NCBI GenBank assembly: GCA_025786725.1
Contig: JAHLTZ010000026.1
Coordinates: forward strand, 1-64,000
Direction of reading: 5' to 3'
DNA length: 64,000 nucleotides
Origin: Syncephalis fuscata S228
Taxonomy: Eukaryota; Fungi; Zoopagomycota
The notes beneath the pieces are model-generated. The model saw only the letters and a program-made list of their open reading frames with translations, had not been told where the DNA came from and ran no database searches. Positions 36,697 to 51,747 of this stretch are shown here, one piece after another. Position 1 is the stretch's first letter; each line of letters opens with the position of its first letter. A program made the translations under genes and the position numbers.

Positions 36697-39600
36697 TTAA
36701 TGGGCAAAGTCCAGCAGAAATAGAAATTCTGGTGCACGCATCTCCCATACTACGACGTGTGCAGCCGAGGTCCAAAAACGACGATTGGCCGCAGGACGTA
36801 ACGGGAACGGACCTCGTCGATGTCCATTAATACCATCAATTAGCTCGTATTCAATACCGTGTTCCAGGTGGCCATGAGACGTCGTTTCTTGGTTCTTTTC
36901 CTTATCTCGATTGGCTACTGGATGAACTGCTTCGCCCCAGTGAAGTCGACCAATAATTGGCTCGGGTGGATAAGAAAGGCCGTCGCCACGGGAGAATTGT
37001 GGCGTGTAGGCATAGGCTATATCTCTTCCGGTGTGAGCACCCGTCAAAGCCCAGCCATCATCTTCGTGCAAAGCAATAAGATCTGACGCAGAAATAGCCC
37101 GAATATCTATGATACCCGTACGAGTGCACTCCCATAGTAATTGTCCACGGCCCACCAAATTAATTGTACACAGCCAAGTTGGCTGATCAGGATCAGTGTA
37201 GATTGGGTGGATTAAAACACGGCCCATACCAATGGTTTGTGTGCACAACATATCACCAGTCAACCAAGCAGGTGCACGTTTAAGCGAATGTTCACCCTCA
37301 CGCAACACTCGAGTAGGATTATTTACAACAGACGCATCAATGGTGATGGCCGTTTGACATGGCTTAGGCGTGGCAGTTGAGCGTGGAATGTCTATATCTA
37401 TACTGCTAGCAATGGTGATATCAGCGTCAGGTTCTGGTAAGCCGTAGAATGGTGTAGGTAGATTTGCAATGCTGTTAATAATATTGTCATCTACAGTAGT
37501 AGTTTCATCATTAGATTTAACCTCATTAAAATCTAATCCAGCCAATTGATGCTGATCCAATTGAGCAATATCAGCCGTTATAGATTCAACAATGGATTGA
37601 GTATCAGATGAATGATCTAGCGTAATATTGTCTTTATGTATCGATGCATAAACAGCATTGCTCGATTCTTGTTTCAACAAATCAACTTGTTCGTAGCTCT
37701 ATTTTGTTTATCAGTTAGTCAGCCAGCCTATATCTACTATCACTATCTAGTATCTTACCGAAACTGTTTCATTGTGACAAATGTTGAATGGCCGTGCAGT
37801 GATTTCTACATATTCATACTTTAGCGAACCATTTACCATATCGCATTTGAACACACAAATGCGTCGTTGTCGCGGTTCGTCTTGTGTTTGCGAAGCCAGA
37901 AATGATGTTTCGAATCTTTCCAAATGACATGCTTGGCTAATACCCGATAGTGGATAATGTCTAAATCCAATATTAAGTGGCTCACAAAGATCATAGACCA
38001 CGCGTTTAGCGGCATCCATATCCATTGATCGGTGGCGTGTCGCTAATAGCCATCCATCACGTAATTCTTGAACGCTTACGTAAGGTAGCGTTACATGATT
38101 GTTATTATTGTTGGCGATTAATGTTGCTATCGACCAAACACACGTCATAGGTTGAGAATCTGCCGAATTATTACTAGTGTTCATCAAACTGTTTAATCCT
38201 TCCAATGTGGCACTAAGCTTTCTAGACTTTACACTTGGATGATAAGTTATCGCAACAAATTGGTCATCCATTAAAACTTGATCAATACTAATAGGAGAGT
38301 CTACATCGATAAGCAGCTCAATTGGTACATAGGCAGATCTGTAGCCTAGCGACAATGTAGATACATAGTAAAACTTATCGGGAGTAACAACACCCTCTTC
38401 TAGTATGTCATGAGAAATCGATGCAGATGTTGCAAATGTTGAATGAAACTGATGACGCGCTCTAGCTGCAGCTTGGGCCAAAAGTGTACGACGAGGTGCG
38501 CCATGCATCGACGTGTTGCGGCGACTAAAAGCATGGCTTTGTTGATCATCCCAATCAGATTCCACATCTGCATCTCCAGTATCATCGTCCGTAAAACGGG
38601 TACTATCGAGGAAAGACGGCATGGCGTCAGTTGAAGCAAATTCAGGCTTTCGTCGTTTAGTGGATGGTATTCTCGAGTTTTCTGACAAAGAATAGTCCAT
38701 ATCACTATCGCTCCAATCATCGCCTGTTGTATGTGCGTTGAACGAGCTATTCACAGCAGTAGTTGACGATTTGGCACGTGTACGGCTAACTCGAATAATA
38801 AAGCCCCAAATATTACTTAATAATACTTCAACCGACATCTCTGGCTCTTCTAACGGCTTTTTATCCAGTGGAGATGTAGGGGTTAAATTATCAAGTAATT
38901 CGCTAGCAATACCAGTGGCCAAGTCTGATGATGGACCAAAGCTATCCATGTCCAATATGGGCAATTGGATAGTTCGGCTGTTATTCTGACCCTGACACCA
39001 ATTCACTTCTAGCTGTCTCCTTTGCTGATAGAGACAATACCAATCATTGCCCATTTGGTGATATGCCTTTGTATCAAGCTTTCCTCTGGAAAAGAAGCTT
39101 CTTTGGCGAGATAATAGCATACGCGCCTTACACCAACGTAGCCAATCAATTTCTTCATTGGTCAATGGAAAGTGCATCACATAGGATTGCTGCCAGCGAT
39201 AATTATCTCGGCTAACCTTCTGATGTAATCCTTGACAAGTCAGCGCAAGAGATACAGCTGTGGCATCTGCTGCAAAGTGAGCCACTCTTGCCAAGATAAA
39301 AAGTGGCAGAGGTCTAGGTTTCCACAAAGCTACACGGGCCTCCCATGGATTGACTCTTTTGGCAGCAGTTGGTCGACGGTTGGAAATGGAGCGACCTGGT
39401 AAAGAAAATCTATCTTCACTATAAGACCGGCCACCTTCGTCGGATGTGTGACTGAATATGGAGATACCTGGCGATGATGGACCTGAAGTGCTAGATACTT
39501 GGCCAAATGCCGAAAGTCCACCTGGTACCATTAATCGACCTGAGGCGCCTTCAGATCGTGACATAGCCAAAGAAATGCTAGTATCGGTTACAATAGTCTC

Positions 39601-41250
39601 TGTTGAGAGAGATTCTTGTACAGAAATGGCAATTTGAGATGCTGAATCCATAATCTTTAGTAAATCTTCTTCTGTTGCCGCTTCAGATAAATGAATTTCA
39701 ACAGTTGTTGTACTTTCTTCTGTTGTCATTTCATCATTCACCATTAAAGTTACTGTACTATCAGTATTTAATCCAGTTTCTTCTTTTTCACTGACATTTA
39801 CTTCAATTGATCTGCTGTTCGCTTCTATCTCTTCAATTATTATTCCTTCAGATAAATGAGTTTCAATTGCTGTTACACTCTTTTCTACGGTCAAGTCTGT
39901 CTGATTATCAATATCCAATTCAAGTGCTTCTTCCTCACTGACAGCTACTTCAATGGATTCACTGTCTATTATTACCATTTCTTCAGCTGTCGTTACGCTC
40001 TTCTCTCCTGCCACTTCTTCATTTACTATCGAAACTGCTTGAACATTTGTATTTAATTCAAGTTCTTCTTTCTCCTCAATATCCACTTCAGCTGAATCGT
40101 TATTTACTTTTACTATTTCGTTGACTACAATTGCTTCTGTTACTATTATATTAGATAAATAATTTTTGACTATTATTGCACTTTACCTTCAATTATTTTG
40201 TCATTTGCTATTAAGTTTACTTGAGCATTGGTAACTAATTCAGACTTTTCTTTTTCGCTGATAGTTATTTCAGCCGATTCATTATTTACTTCAACTATTT
40301 CCTCAGCTGTTACTTCTTCAATTGTTATCTCTTCAGCTGTTACTTCTTTAAAGTGAGTTTCAACTATTGTTGTACTTGATTCTACTATTGCTTCCTCGTT
40401 TAACATTAAATCTTCTTGGCTATTGATATTTAATTCAAGTTCTTCTTTCTCCTCAATATCCACTTCAGCTGAATCGTTATTTACTTCTACTATTTCGTTG
40501 ACTACAATTGCTTTTGTTACTATTATATTAGATAAATAATTTTTGACTATTATTGCACTTTACCTTCAGTTATCTTGTCATTTGCCATCAACTCTATCTG
40601 AACTTTGGTAACTAATTCAGATTCTTCGCTCTCATTAACATTTACTTCAACTGATTTATTATTTACTTCTACTATTTCCTTGACTAGTATTTCTTCTGTT
40701 ATTACTACACCAGATAGATGACTTTCGGTTGTTATTACGCTTCTCTCTACTATCACTTCTTTATTTACTACCAAATCTGCCTGGTCATTGGTGTTTAATT
40801 CAGACGCTTCTTTTTCATTAACATCTATTTCAGCCAGTTCACTATCTATTTCTACCAGCATATCTGCAGATAATACTGGTGAACCTGGTGGAGATGGTGG
40901 CAACGGTATGTGCAACCAAATTGATGCCATTATTTCGGTATCTTGTTCAATTGATACCATTGAACTAGTTTTATCTACGTTTAGTAATATTAAAAATTTA
41001 TGAATTGAAATATGTTTATTTTTAATAATAACTTACATGGCTCTGGAAGAGTCTCCTTACAGTCAGCAAGTAATTCATCTTCATGGTTATCATCTTCGCT
41101 GATGAGTGCAGTTTGCGGCGGTGTTCGTGCGTTGGGAATGGATGATGGCTCATTGGCTATTGGTACTTCATCCTGCTTACTCTCTAGTGCTGGCGCAAGT
41201 ATAGCTTCATCATTTGGTATAATATCTACGGGCAAAGCCGTATCAGCCAT
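36697..41250 (-). CDS. F-box-like protein with a long acidic repetitive N-terminus; multi-exon
   Basis: LPLFILARVAHFAADATAVSLALTCQGLHQKV is F-box-like and is followed by WQQSYVMHFP..EIDWLRW. Introns at 41036-40975, 40563-40520, 40186-40143 and ~37757-37700. A 377-bp internal duplication is present. Confidence 0.7.
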
Positions 41251-42222
41251 GATGATTGGATGATTATTTGATAACTATACACAAATATGTTGTAACTCCG
41301 CCGATATCAAGTAAGTGCTATTCAATACACTTGTTGTGTTAAACTGCTATATACGTGTTATAAACTGGTACTTTTGCACAATACCAATAAAAGAATACGA
41401 GAATATAAGAACGATGATAGTTTGGCTATAGGGAAGGTAGTGTGCAGAGAAAGAATAAATGAAGGATACAAGGATCAAATATGTAAACACAGAAACGTTC
41501 AAAGTTTAAGGGTGCACTACAAACAATACAATAGTACAACACTGAGCTTCGTTGGATCAAAGGGAAGGAGAAACGAGAGTGAGAGACAGTTGTAAAAGAT
41601 AGGAACATGAACGACTTATTTGTCTGTTTGTGTGAGTCCGGGACTACGGCCGTGCGTGTGTCCGCGTCAGCATCCATCCGAGTCCAAGGCGTGCCGTGCG
41701 TGTTTGTGTGTGGATGTGCTTGTGTGTGTCATTGGCAAAGATGACCACGTGGTCTCCGTTGTTGCCGGTTGATCCATATGGAAACTAACCAATGCCAATA
41801 GTCCTTGTGCACTAAAAGCAGCCTACTGGTTGCTGTTAATGTCAACGTGCATGCACTATTTTGATAAGACGCAACCACTTTTATTTATCACTTTTGTTTA
41901 CTACTATTCAACTGTAGCGAAATTTTAATATATATATAAAATGATAATACTAATAACAGTAGTAATAATATTTCTAATAATTAAAGTCAAGTTTTAGGCA
42001 AATAAACGATTTGGTATAGTAGCATATCAAACACTTTATCGGTTTAAAAAAATCATGTGCAATTGTTTGGTACAATAAACGCATTCTTGTTTATAATTAT
42101 GTAGATAGTTTATGTTGATTGTTTTAATAAAATAAAGTAGCATAAATAGTAATAATTTAGCGTAATTAATTATTTGGATAATGCAATTTGAAATAAAAGT
42201 AGATATCAAAAATTTTATTTAT

Positions 42223-44593
42223 TCAGTTTAGTGTATTTTGTTCAAATGGCTGGCAAGTGGCGTCTAGGAATACATAGCGAGGTAAACGGCGCTGTGGTCG
42301 CATCTTCCATATGGCGCTGGATAGTAGTTCACGTGGCCCCACTCGTCCCTCTTTTACTGAACGCGGCTGTGCGGCCCATTGTGTTAATTCGGCCGATGAA
42401 CGAGAGCGATAGCAGTCTTGTCGATTAGTATTAATGGAGGCTCGTATGTTAGGCTGACTTGCTTCCTCTCCTGCGTTGTAGTTTCTATATGTTTCTTCAT
42501 AGCTTGGTTCAAATTTTCGGGCTGCTTTTGCCCATAAACGCCATTTTAAGTTGTGTGGGGGTTTGATAGGCAAACATATGTGCGTAGAACTGCAATAAAT
42601 GCCTACCGGTTTTTATGAGTTATTGTAGCCGATCGTTTTGCTGTCGATAATGAACGGACTATGTATACCGGTGTATAGTTACTATTTTTAGATGTGTTTC
42701 TAATCATTTGTTGGCCATTATCATTATTATTAGCGGTAAGTAAGCATTTTAGTTCTCCAGTAAGTGCTTTGGCAATTTTGTACTCGCCACCATCCATTTG
42801 ATCAATCTGTATACCGCACTGTAAACCGCCAATAATCATAAAAGTTGAATTTGCTGTGTTCATAGTTGGCCAAATAGAGGTGTAACTGTGAATCATATTT
42901 CCATTTTGTAAACTCAGCACCAATGTTTTATCGTCTGAACTACGAGCTATAATAACGCCACGCTCTGCTATCACGTCTACAGTACAATAACTGGCATAAT
43001 GTTGCCAAACTATACCGTTACTTGAATGGTTCATTGGCACGTCTTTTGTGTTATTGATTGTTAACGTATCCACTGATACATGCTTATTTGTCAAAGATAC
43101 ATCCACCAAAGCCAGCCAGCTTCTACGGTTTATTGCATGATTTCGAATATAAATCACCAATTGATTGTTGTTGCCGCGCAACAACATAACTTTATTGGCT
43201 GTAGGGAGTTTAGTGCGTCGTTTGATGTGTTTTCCTTTGCTTCTGTTGTTTTGTTTTTCACAATTTATAAAGCTAGTGGTTAAAGATGGCTGAATATCAA
43301 ACTGATTGCTAAACAAGATAGTGCAGCTAATAGCTACATCACCATTATTCGTGTTTCGTTCAAAGCAAACTACGTGCCATGAAAACTGTATTTCATTCGA
43401 TTTTTCTTGCCATAAACGAACCACTTGCAATGATGTATTTGTAGAGCTGAGAATAAGCGTTTGACCACGCATGCGGTATGGAAAATGTCCATAGTTTAGA
43501 CGAGTGCCATCATAGTCTTCATTAGTTCCATTTGTTTGCCTCAAGTAGTATACACATAGCTGGAATCTATCATGGTGATTGGCAGAAATGTCTGTCCATA
43601 CGAGCCAGTGCGTAGATATACCGGCTATAATTGCATGCTGACTAACGGATAAAGAAGCACAGGGATCTACTTTAGCAGCTTGCCAAACACAGATACAAGC
43701 TGTAGTATTAACAAAATGGCGCGGAATAACCGCTAAATACATTGAATTTGCCGCTGCTTGGCGAATATAGCTGAATTTTGTCCATTCTTGTGGCAAATAT
43801 ATATCGATTAAATGACAAGTTGCTAATGAATCCTGACTGATTTGTGGCCCATATCATCATTACAATCAGCTTCCTTATTGTGTCTTTTCTTCAAGCCTGG
43901 AATACCAATTGATTGATATTGATTCGCTACCGGTGCAATAAGCAGCCGATGCTGACCTTGTAGCTCGAATGCAGTTCCCCATGTAGCCGATACCAATGGA
44001 AGCAATTTCGAGTGGCGTTGCTTCACCATGATATTTATTTGTTTCATACGTTTATAAATTGAACTTTTTACAAAAAATTGGGAACCTTTTAAGCCTTTTG
44101 CATTTTCCACTGTGGAGTATGGCGTTAATGGTATATTTGATGGATGGACTGGTTTGTCTGAGCTATGGGGTGGCACATGAAGTTCGCGAATTTGGATTGT
44201 ACCATGGCACCATCGTTGTTCAAGCTCTTCTCGCCATTGAAAAGCATTTTTCCATGTCTGGCTCGAGGAATATTTGGGAATAGCCAATGGTGCTGATCTT
44301 AATTCGTAGTCGTTAGAAGCCGGCAATGCAGTAGATGCAAATGGCTGTGACAGTGGAATTAAGGCCAAGCTTTGTCCTATGGCCCAGTCCAACCATTCAG
44401 CCTCTCTTTCTCCCGGAACAACCGGGTACTGAGCCAAATAGCGCTTTTGCCAATAATCATCCTCTAGTAGACCAGTCATAGCGGTACTTATTAGACTATT
44501 TTTACATAATGCTTCGACAGTTGATATATTTGGGAAGCGTTCCTTTTGTTGCTGCTTAGAAAAACTGGACCACCACTTGTTTAATGAGTTCAT
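42223..44593 (-). CDS. Divergent member of the same F-box-associated family; ORF broken near 43820 and 42600 (introns, sequencing errors or decay)
   Basis: DDYWQKRYLAQYPVVPGEREAEWLDW and WKNAFQWREELEQRWCHG match motifs in the neighbouring gene (WQQSY..FP..E..WL.W, WY..YQQRRQLEVNWCQG). Confidence 0.55.
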
Positions 44594-45077
44594 ATTGAAT
44601 AAATATTTGCACAATTGTATATATCGGTTAAAAATAATGAAATGGAATTAAGGCGGTTGTAAAAACGATAAATGTGGCTGTCTGAACACAAGCATGTACT
44701 ATGCACAACAACTCCAAAGGATATAGCCACATATAACCGTTAATGATTGGTTTCAGGTCGACTGGTATGCATATCGAGCCTTGTGATTCACAGTCAACTT
44801 GAGTATTTTAGCAACGCAGTAATACCATTATTAGTGATAATTTATTCATATTCATAAGCAGCACACATAATTGGCGACAATAGCAAAATAGCAAAGGCGG
44901 GCTGTATGATAATTTATACGTGCCGTAATAATGAGTTCTAATACAGATGCTATTATAATCTAATAGATTATATTTAATCTACATTAATTTGTTGCTAATT
45001 AACTAATAAAATTCATAAACTAATCATTTTTAAATCCAAGCTAGATAGTGTATAGTTTATTAAATTTAGCTTTATGT

Positions 45078-46198
45078 TCAGGGTCTATTTTGGAGAGATT
45101 CATAAGAAGGTGGCATTTGTTGATTAGTTGATGAACTTTGTGCATTATCAGGAAAGATGAGTGAGTCACTTTCACTATTTTGATACGACGGCAGATTTTC
45201 TGTTACAAACAAGTCCCAAGTTCTTCTTCAATTTGTTGATATGTAGCAGGGACTTGTTGATTCGGGTAGATAAGATGATAGTAAACACTAAACTGTGCTT
45301 TTATATTTTCTTTGATTGGCTCGCGCATATTTATTCCAACCAATGAATTAAAAAAGCCAGTTTCTGTAGCGAATGCATTTTCAAATCCTCTGATTAAAAC
45401 CTTAATTCCCGAATTAATACATATGCCTAGTAAAAATAAGTATTATAATAAGCAAACTGCTGTTTTAACTCACCTTCACCATGCATATAGTATACGATTC
45501 CAAGTTTTCTCAAGTAACGCAAACCTAATTTACATTTAATTAATGTGTATTTACTACGATTGAATACATACCACTGGCCGCTTGATTCAATACACTTTCT
45601 GCTATTGGTTTGCTTTCTTTGTCTTTTAGCTTAAAGAGATCAAAAGCAAAGTCTTTGAAGGTTCTATCACAACGACTTGGAGTAACATAACAGTGATATT
45701 CATCTACAGAAAAATGGTCTATCGGCCCAGCAATGTTTTGCTTAAAGTTTATCCTCCAATCGTCTAAAGCAAGTGAACGAGTTACAAGATACTATCGTCG
45801 ACATTATTAGCTATCAAATAAATAGTGTTACAAAGACTTACTTTGTACGCTATAAGGCTATTATATTTTCTATGTGCCTCTTCATTTCCACATGTAACTA
45901 CAACATCATTTCCTTCGCGTATTCCTTTTGCGTAACTAACGGATCTCTTACTGCTTGATCCTTCAATGATTTCAATACCGCGTTTAAAAAATGGACTATC
46001 ACTATTTTTTGCGTAGCCAAGAAATGACGTTTCTTATAGATAGCGTTAGTATTATGTTAAAATATTCAAATGAAAATTGCCAAACCTACTTGTGTGAATT
46101 TCATTGGATAAGGAGGGCAATGCATCAATAGCATGGATAGTTGATAAGACTATCAGGGCAAAAGCAGCCGATAAAGCAGGGAATCGTAAAGTAATCAT
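45078..46198 (-). CDS. Second secreted kinase-fold-like protein (paralog of 4908-5885); multi-exon and not in the ORF track
   Basis: Signal peptide MITLRFPALSAAFALIVLSTIHAIDA. VVVTCG, CYVTPSRCDRTFKD and LNQAASG/LRYLRKLGIVY match the 4908 gene. Ends QMPPSYESLQNRP* (TGA 45080-45078). Confidence 0.6.
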
Positions 46199-46867
46199 CA
46201 AATTTATAGGCGTTATTTAATCAACTCTGTCGAGCGTTATGACTCTAAAACTAAATTGTATTTTTAAATGCGAACTAGAAAATAAGAAACAGAAAAATGG
46301 ATTGTTAAAAAATAGTATGATTTATAAAAGGCGACGACACGTGGCCATCACGATTTTATTGTTTTATATGGATATATATACATATATTCGTTGGTACAAA
46401 TATGGGGCCAGAAAAGCCAAGTCCGAACTGCTACTAAAACGGATAACTCGTGCCACATCATCGTAGATTTTGTACAAATTCAACACCTGGTGTTTGATAT
46501 TTTACTCTATATTAGTATTTTTATAAATGGTATAAAATAATGACCAATTAATTAGGTAGTCGGCGCAAAGAACTGAAACTCTGCTTATTTTGATTATAAC
46601 TGGGTATTCGCTGCATCTAAATACAATGTATTTAACATTGCAAAGTAAATAATAATTTAGAAAGCATATTAGTATTTACTAATTGCGCAATACTTCGTAT
46701 ATATAGTTAATCCAACTTTTAAATTATTTTTAACAATGTTTATTAGTCATCTATACAGCAAAAACGTATACACGTAGTTGCAACTTGTCGACTAAGCATT
46801 CCATTTTACCACAAACTACACAAACACACACACACACAGTGGTGTACATACAGATAAAGTTTGCTTT

Positions 46868-49400
46868 CTATCGTTTCCACGATCGTTCACTATCTTCCAT
46901 GGCGTCAAAATCGCCATCTTCATCCATGGCCGCGTTAGTAGATGGTGCTGCGGCTTCTGGTGTTGGTTGTGCAGGTGCTGACTCGTTATACCATGACATT
47001 TTAAGTGTACCAACTCCCTCCATTTGCGCACCACCAAAAGCGGCTCGTTCTGCTTCGTGTCGCGCTTCAAATGTTACGATGGCTCGGTTTTCGGCATCAT
47101 GGTATCGATGGCCGATATAGAACCAAATTTCTATATAAACTGTTATTCCATTTGTATAATGTGTATTATTAGCTATACTTACTGAAAAATGTTCTTGTAG
47201 CCGACCTTTAATATCATCGGTAAGATCGCGTACTTGTATTTTAGTAGTACGATTATCAAGTCGGAATGTTGTCGGGGCGGCTGGAGCAGCAGCACCTGAT
47301 GCCATAGAAGGTGTCCATGTCATGCTACCACGGCCACGGCCACGACCACGCCATCCACCGTAGCTACCACGTCCACGTCCACGTCCGTAGTAGCCACCAC
47401 TTGTATAATCGTATGCACCTGTGCCATCTACGCCCATTCCTCTGCCTCTTTTTGGAGTTTGGCTAGCTTTGCACGTAGCATAGCCTCTTCACTTTCTGGC
47501 TCGCCTTCCTGAGCTATTGCGTTATTGTTGCTCAGTTCTGATTCACGCTGCATATTATCCAGTTCGTTATCCAGCTGTTTACGCTGCAGTTGTTCAGTAG
47601 TTAGATTAGCGTTGTTGATTGCTTCCTGCTGCTGTGTACGCAAATGTTCAGTTTCTGCTTGACTTTCCCTAACCGTTGCCGCCATTTTGTCCAATGCCTG
47701 TTGTAGTTCTGCACGATCATTATCATTCAAATCCGAACGACTAAGCTGAGATTCCAGTAGTTGCTGCTGTTCAAGCTGCATTTGTAATAGCTGCTCTTTT
47801 TTGCGTTGAATATCAAGAATCTGCTCCAGCTTAGCTTGTCTCTGTCTTGCCTTTACGTCAGCCTCTGATTCTGGATTAGCCAATGAATCACTGGCGCCTT
47901 CATTACCCGTTTCGTCACCTTGCCAGCTATCATTATGAAGTTTTTCATGCCAAAACACTTTTACAAATCGATTACCAAATACTGCATCTTGACAACTGTA
48001 CGCTGAGTAAGCTTCAGCATTTGAGCTGAATTGTACTAATGCCTGGCCATTGGGCGGATCAACTTGGATATTAACAATGGTACCGAATCGACGGAAATAC
48101 TCATTAATCTTGTCAAGCGCACATTGCTCTGGCGATATGCTTTCTACGCGTAGTATTGTACGTGAAGTTGCATTGCTGGCATTCGCGTTAAAAGTGTCAA
48201 ATGCGCCACCGCCACGTCCGCCACGACCGCGACCACGGCCCATACGTGCTCCACCACGACCACGAGCTGATGCAAATGCATCTGTCGCATCAGCACCACC
48301 ATTTAAAGAACCTGGATTTTCTGGTGAATATCCAATTACTTCCGGTGTACCGGTAGCTGTATTGGCCGGTACATGCTCGTATGGACAAGTCTCGCCACGC
48401 GAACAGTAACCTTTCTGATCGAATTGATGACAGCGACCGCGTCGATAGCCACTTCGTGCACCAGGTGCACCCGAAGGTATATAATTCACTGCTGGATAGG
48501 CTAGCATACCTGGCATACCCACACCTGCTACCGATCCGGCCAGTGGATTGGGTGTTGCTCCCCAGACTGGAATAGGGCCACCAGTCGACATAACTGGTGT
48601 AGATGATGTGCCTTGTGTTGAACCAGCTATAGAACGTGGCTGATTTTGCCGTGGTGGCAATCGGTCACGTCGCTTTTGCGAACGACGGTCATCGTAACTG
48701 CCATGGCCGTCACGATAAGTATCGCGGCCCATTCTCGAACTAGGCGAGGCAGATCTTCGCCTAGTCGGGCTACGTGTCCAGTTGCGATCCCGTGTTGGTG
48801 AGCCGTGTCGACGATCTCGTCTGGAGTTACGATCGCTATCAGTCCCGCCCATAACTTCGTCATTATCATGTCGACCTCTGGCTCGTGTATAATCATCACG
48901 TTGTGTTCTTTCACGTCCTCGGTCATGTTCCGATGAACTGTAAGTATTTTGTGATTGATTATACTGATGAGAAGTATCTGGTATAAACTTTTGTCGAACT
49001 TCACGTGGTAAAAAATCCAATGTATCCATCATATTTAGTAAATTATCAACAAATGGCGCCGTATCTATCCACAGTAAACGTTTAGTTGGTTAACATACAT
49101 ACATACGCGCTAATATATCATTTAATTAACCTACATTCACTAAGAAAGTCCTCCAGTTGACTGATACATAGCACGCGCATTTCGTCACGTGGTTTGCCAT
49201 TTTTTATCAGTGCAATCACGTAGTCGGCTAGCACAGCAGGTTCGGCATCACACCTATAGATTCATGGCAATACTGAATATTAGCACTTAAGCGACATAGA
49301 TCCCGTTAACCTACAGTGGCTCGAGCTCCGATGCCAACCAGTCCTTAAGGTACTGAATCGCCGTGGCATCATTCAATACGGCCGCTGTCGATTGCGCCAT
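46868..49400 (-). CDS. RBM26/RBM27-like RNA-binding protein (PWI, CCCH zinc finger, RRMs); multi-exon, apparent 1-nt frameshift near 47435
   Basis: N-terminal LKDWLASELEPLCDAEPAVLADYVIAL (PWI-like), CHQFDQKGYCSRGETCPYEH (CCCH), an RRM ending AVFGNRFVKVFW, and a C-terminal LDNRTTKIQV RRM. Confidence 0.88.
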
Positions 49401-50353
49401 AATACACGAGGACAAGATCCAGCAACGAGGCCGGTCGTTACAGCAATCAGTCCGCTTGAAATGCACACAGATATACTAGTGCAGATCCAATCGTTTACTA
49501 GTCTGTAGAGTTTTGTCGACTACAACCTAGAAGAATTGAGGTATACAGTAAATTAGGATGACTGTATGAAAAAAGAACCGCTAGCTGCAAATTCAGTCCA
49601 ATTTTTGTCTTTGTAATTAATCTGGCAAGTAAACTTAATGTTTAACTATTCGGCATTCACACCAGCGAACGTAGAGTGACTACGACTATACATCTTGTAT
49701 GTAGTCATCGTTTGAATATCATGTTGTCGATGATCACACGTACACCACACCATCATGGACATGCACATCGTTATTCCCTGAAGAAGTGCACGTGTATAGG
49801 CGTGTGTATGCTGTTCAATCTACAAGATAGCATAGATGGCAAAGCGCTCTAAATATACCTTTATTTAAGGATGGCCTTGTAGTGTTGTTATTGCTCATCG
49901 GCTGACTGTGTCATATTAGTCAATTCAGATATATTTACATTTTAGAACTTCTTATTTTTCCCCTTTCGTTGCTTTATTACTACGCTGCAATTATCAACAC
50001 ACTACCACTGTTGTTATAACATTACTAAACTTTTATTACCACCAACACCATCACAGTTACTGATATCAGTGTTGATATCAACAACAACAACAATAGCTTA
50101 CTGCCACTATACCGTTCTTCTTTTTGTTCTCTAACCGTCATACTGTCCACTCACTCGCTCACTTGCCTATTTTCACTCGCACTCATTGCTCGTCCACACA
50201 CCACACCATTACCACCGAGCTGGCTGTTGTTCGATCTTTCTTTAAGTTTAAAAGTTCCATCGTTTGAGGCTTTTCTTCGTTCCATAGCATTTCATCTTTT
50301 TACTGTGTATTCATCGACAACTGTTCCATAAACACACGCAATCCTCAACAGCT

Positions 50354-51540
50354 ATGGCGCAACAACGAGACTTGGGCGGCAAAGCTCTCCAATTTAAATT
50401 GGTGTTGCTAGGTAGGTTCATCTGTGTCTATACTCTATAGTCCCGTTTATTGCAGCCTATTTGTCCTGACAACAACAATAACCACAACAAAACATGCTAA
50501 TTATTTGATTGATACCAATAGGCGAATCAGCAGTAGGCAAGTCTAGGTAGGCTTCTATATCCGCCGACTATATGTACTTACTTATTCCTGTGTTCAGTCT
50601 AGTACTTCGATTTGTCAAAGACCAATTTGACGACTATAGAGAAAGTACCATTGGCGGTAAGTCGCTTATAGTCTATACAACCACGAGTACAATACTAACA
50701 AACAAACCATTGTTATTGTATTCAATACGATAATTAATATGAATAGCGGCATTTCTATCCCAATCACTTCATTTGGAGTCAGGCTTGAAAATAACATACG
50801 AGATTTGGTAATTAATATGTAAGCAATAACCAGTATTGTTACTAACTGTAGTGTATCGATAGGGATACCGCTGGACAAGAACGCTACAAGGTAAACAAGC
50901 GTATATCATAATAATGATGGTAGTAGCAATAATGACAGCTAACCTTTAACTTAATATAAAATAGAGCTTGGCACCCATGTATTATCGTAATTCCCACTGT
51001 GCCGTGGTCGTGTACGATATTACTCAAATGGTGTGTACATTGTGTATTTATTCCGTTGATTATCGTTGCTAATGATGACGTATGGTCAATATACAGAGTT
51101 CACTTGAAAAGGCCAAATCCTGGATTGAAGAACTACACAGACAGGCTGACCCTAATATTGTCATTGCACTTGCGGGTAACAAAGCCGATTTGTCAGCTCG
51201 TCGTGCCGTGCCAGTTGAGGTGAATACTAATGCTATACTACTATTGACACTTTTAATAATACTTTTGTTTGCTATTAGGTTGCAAAGGCATTTGCCGAGG
51301 AGAATAATCTATTATTCCTAGAGACGTCGGCCAAGACCGCCGAGAATGTGCAAGAACTGTTTACAACAATTGGTAAGTGGGCCATAACGATCAACTAGTT
51401 GACTGATTAACATATTGATTAATATTTGCTATTTAGCTAAAAAGCTACCAGTGAATGACATGTTAAAGACTGGATCGGGTGTCCGTCCATTATCTACTAT
51501 TGATATGGATGCGGCGGCACGCGGTAACTGTGCATGCTAA
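50354..51540 (+). CDS. RAB5: Rab5-family GTPase (Ypt5/Vps21-like), multi-exon
   Basis: Motifs [56 protein letters not shown] and a C-terminal CAC prenylation motif. Confidence 0.95.
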
Positions 51541-51747
51541 TATGGACTCGATAGACATGATCTTTATCAGTATGACCCATCCTATTTCTATCGATGAACT
51601 ATCGTATCAGTACCGTATAGTTACTTTATCTCTTTTATCCTATGCTTTCTGCATTACTTTATATCTTTACACTGTTATCTTATAAACTTGGATATTCATC
51701 AAGTGTAATTATATGTATTATCATGTTTTTTTGGTTTATTAAACTGC

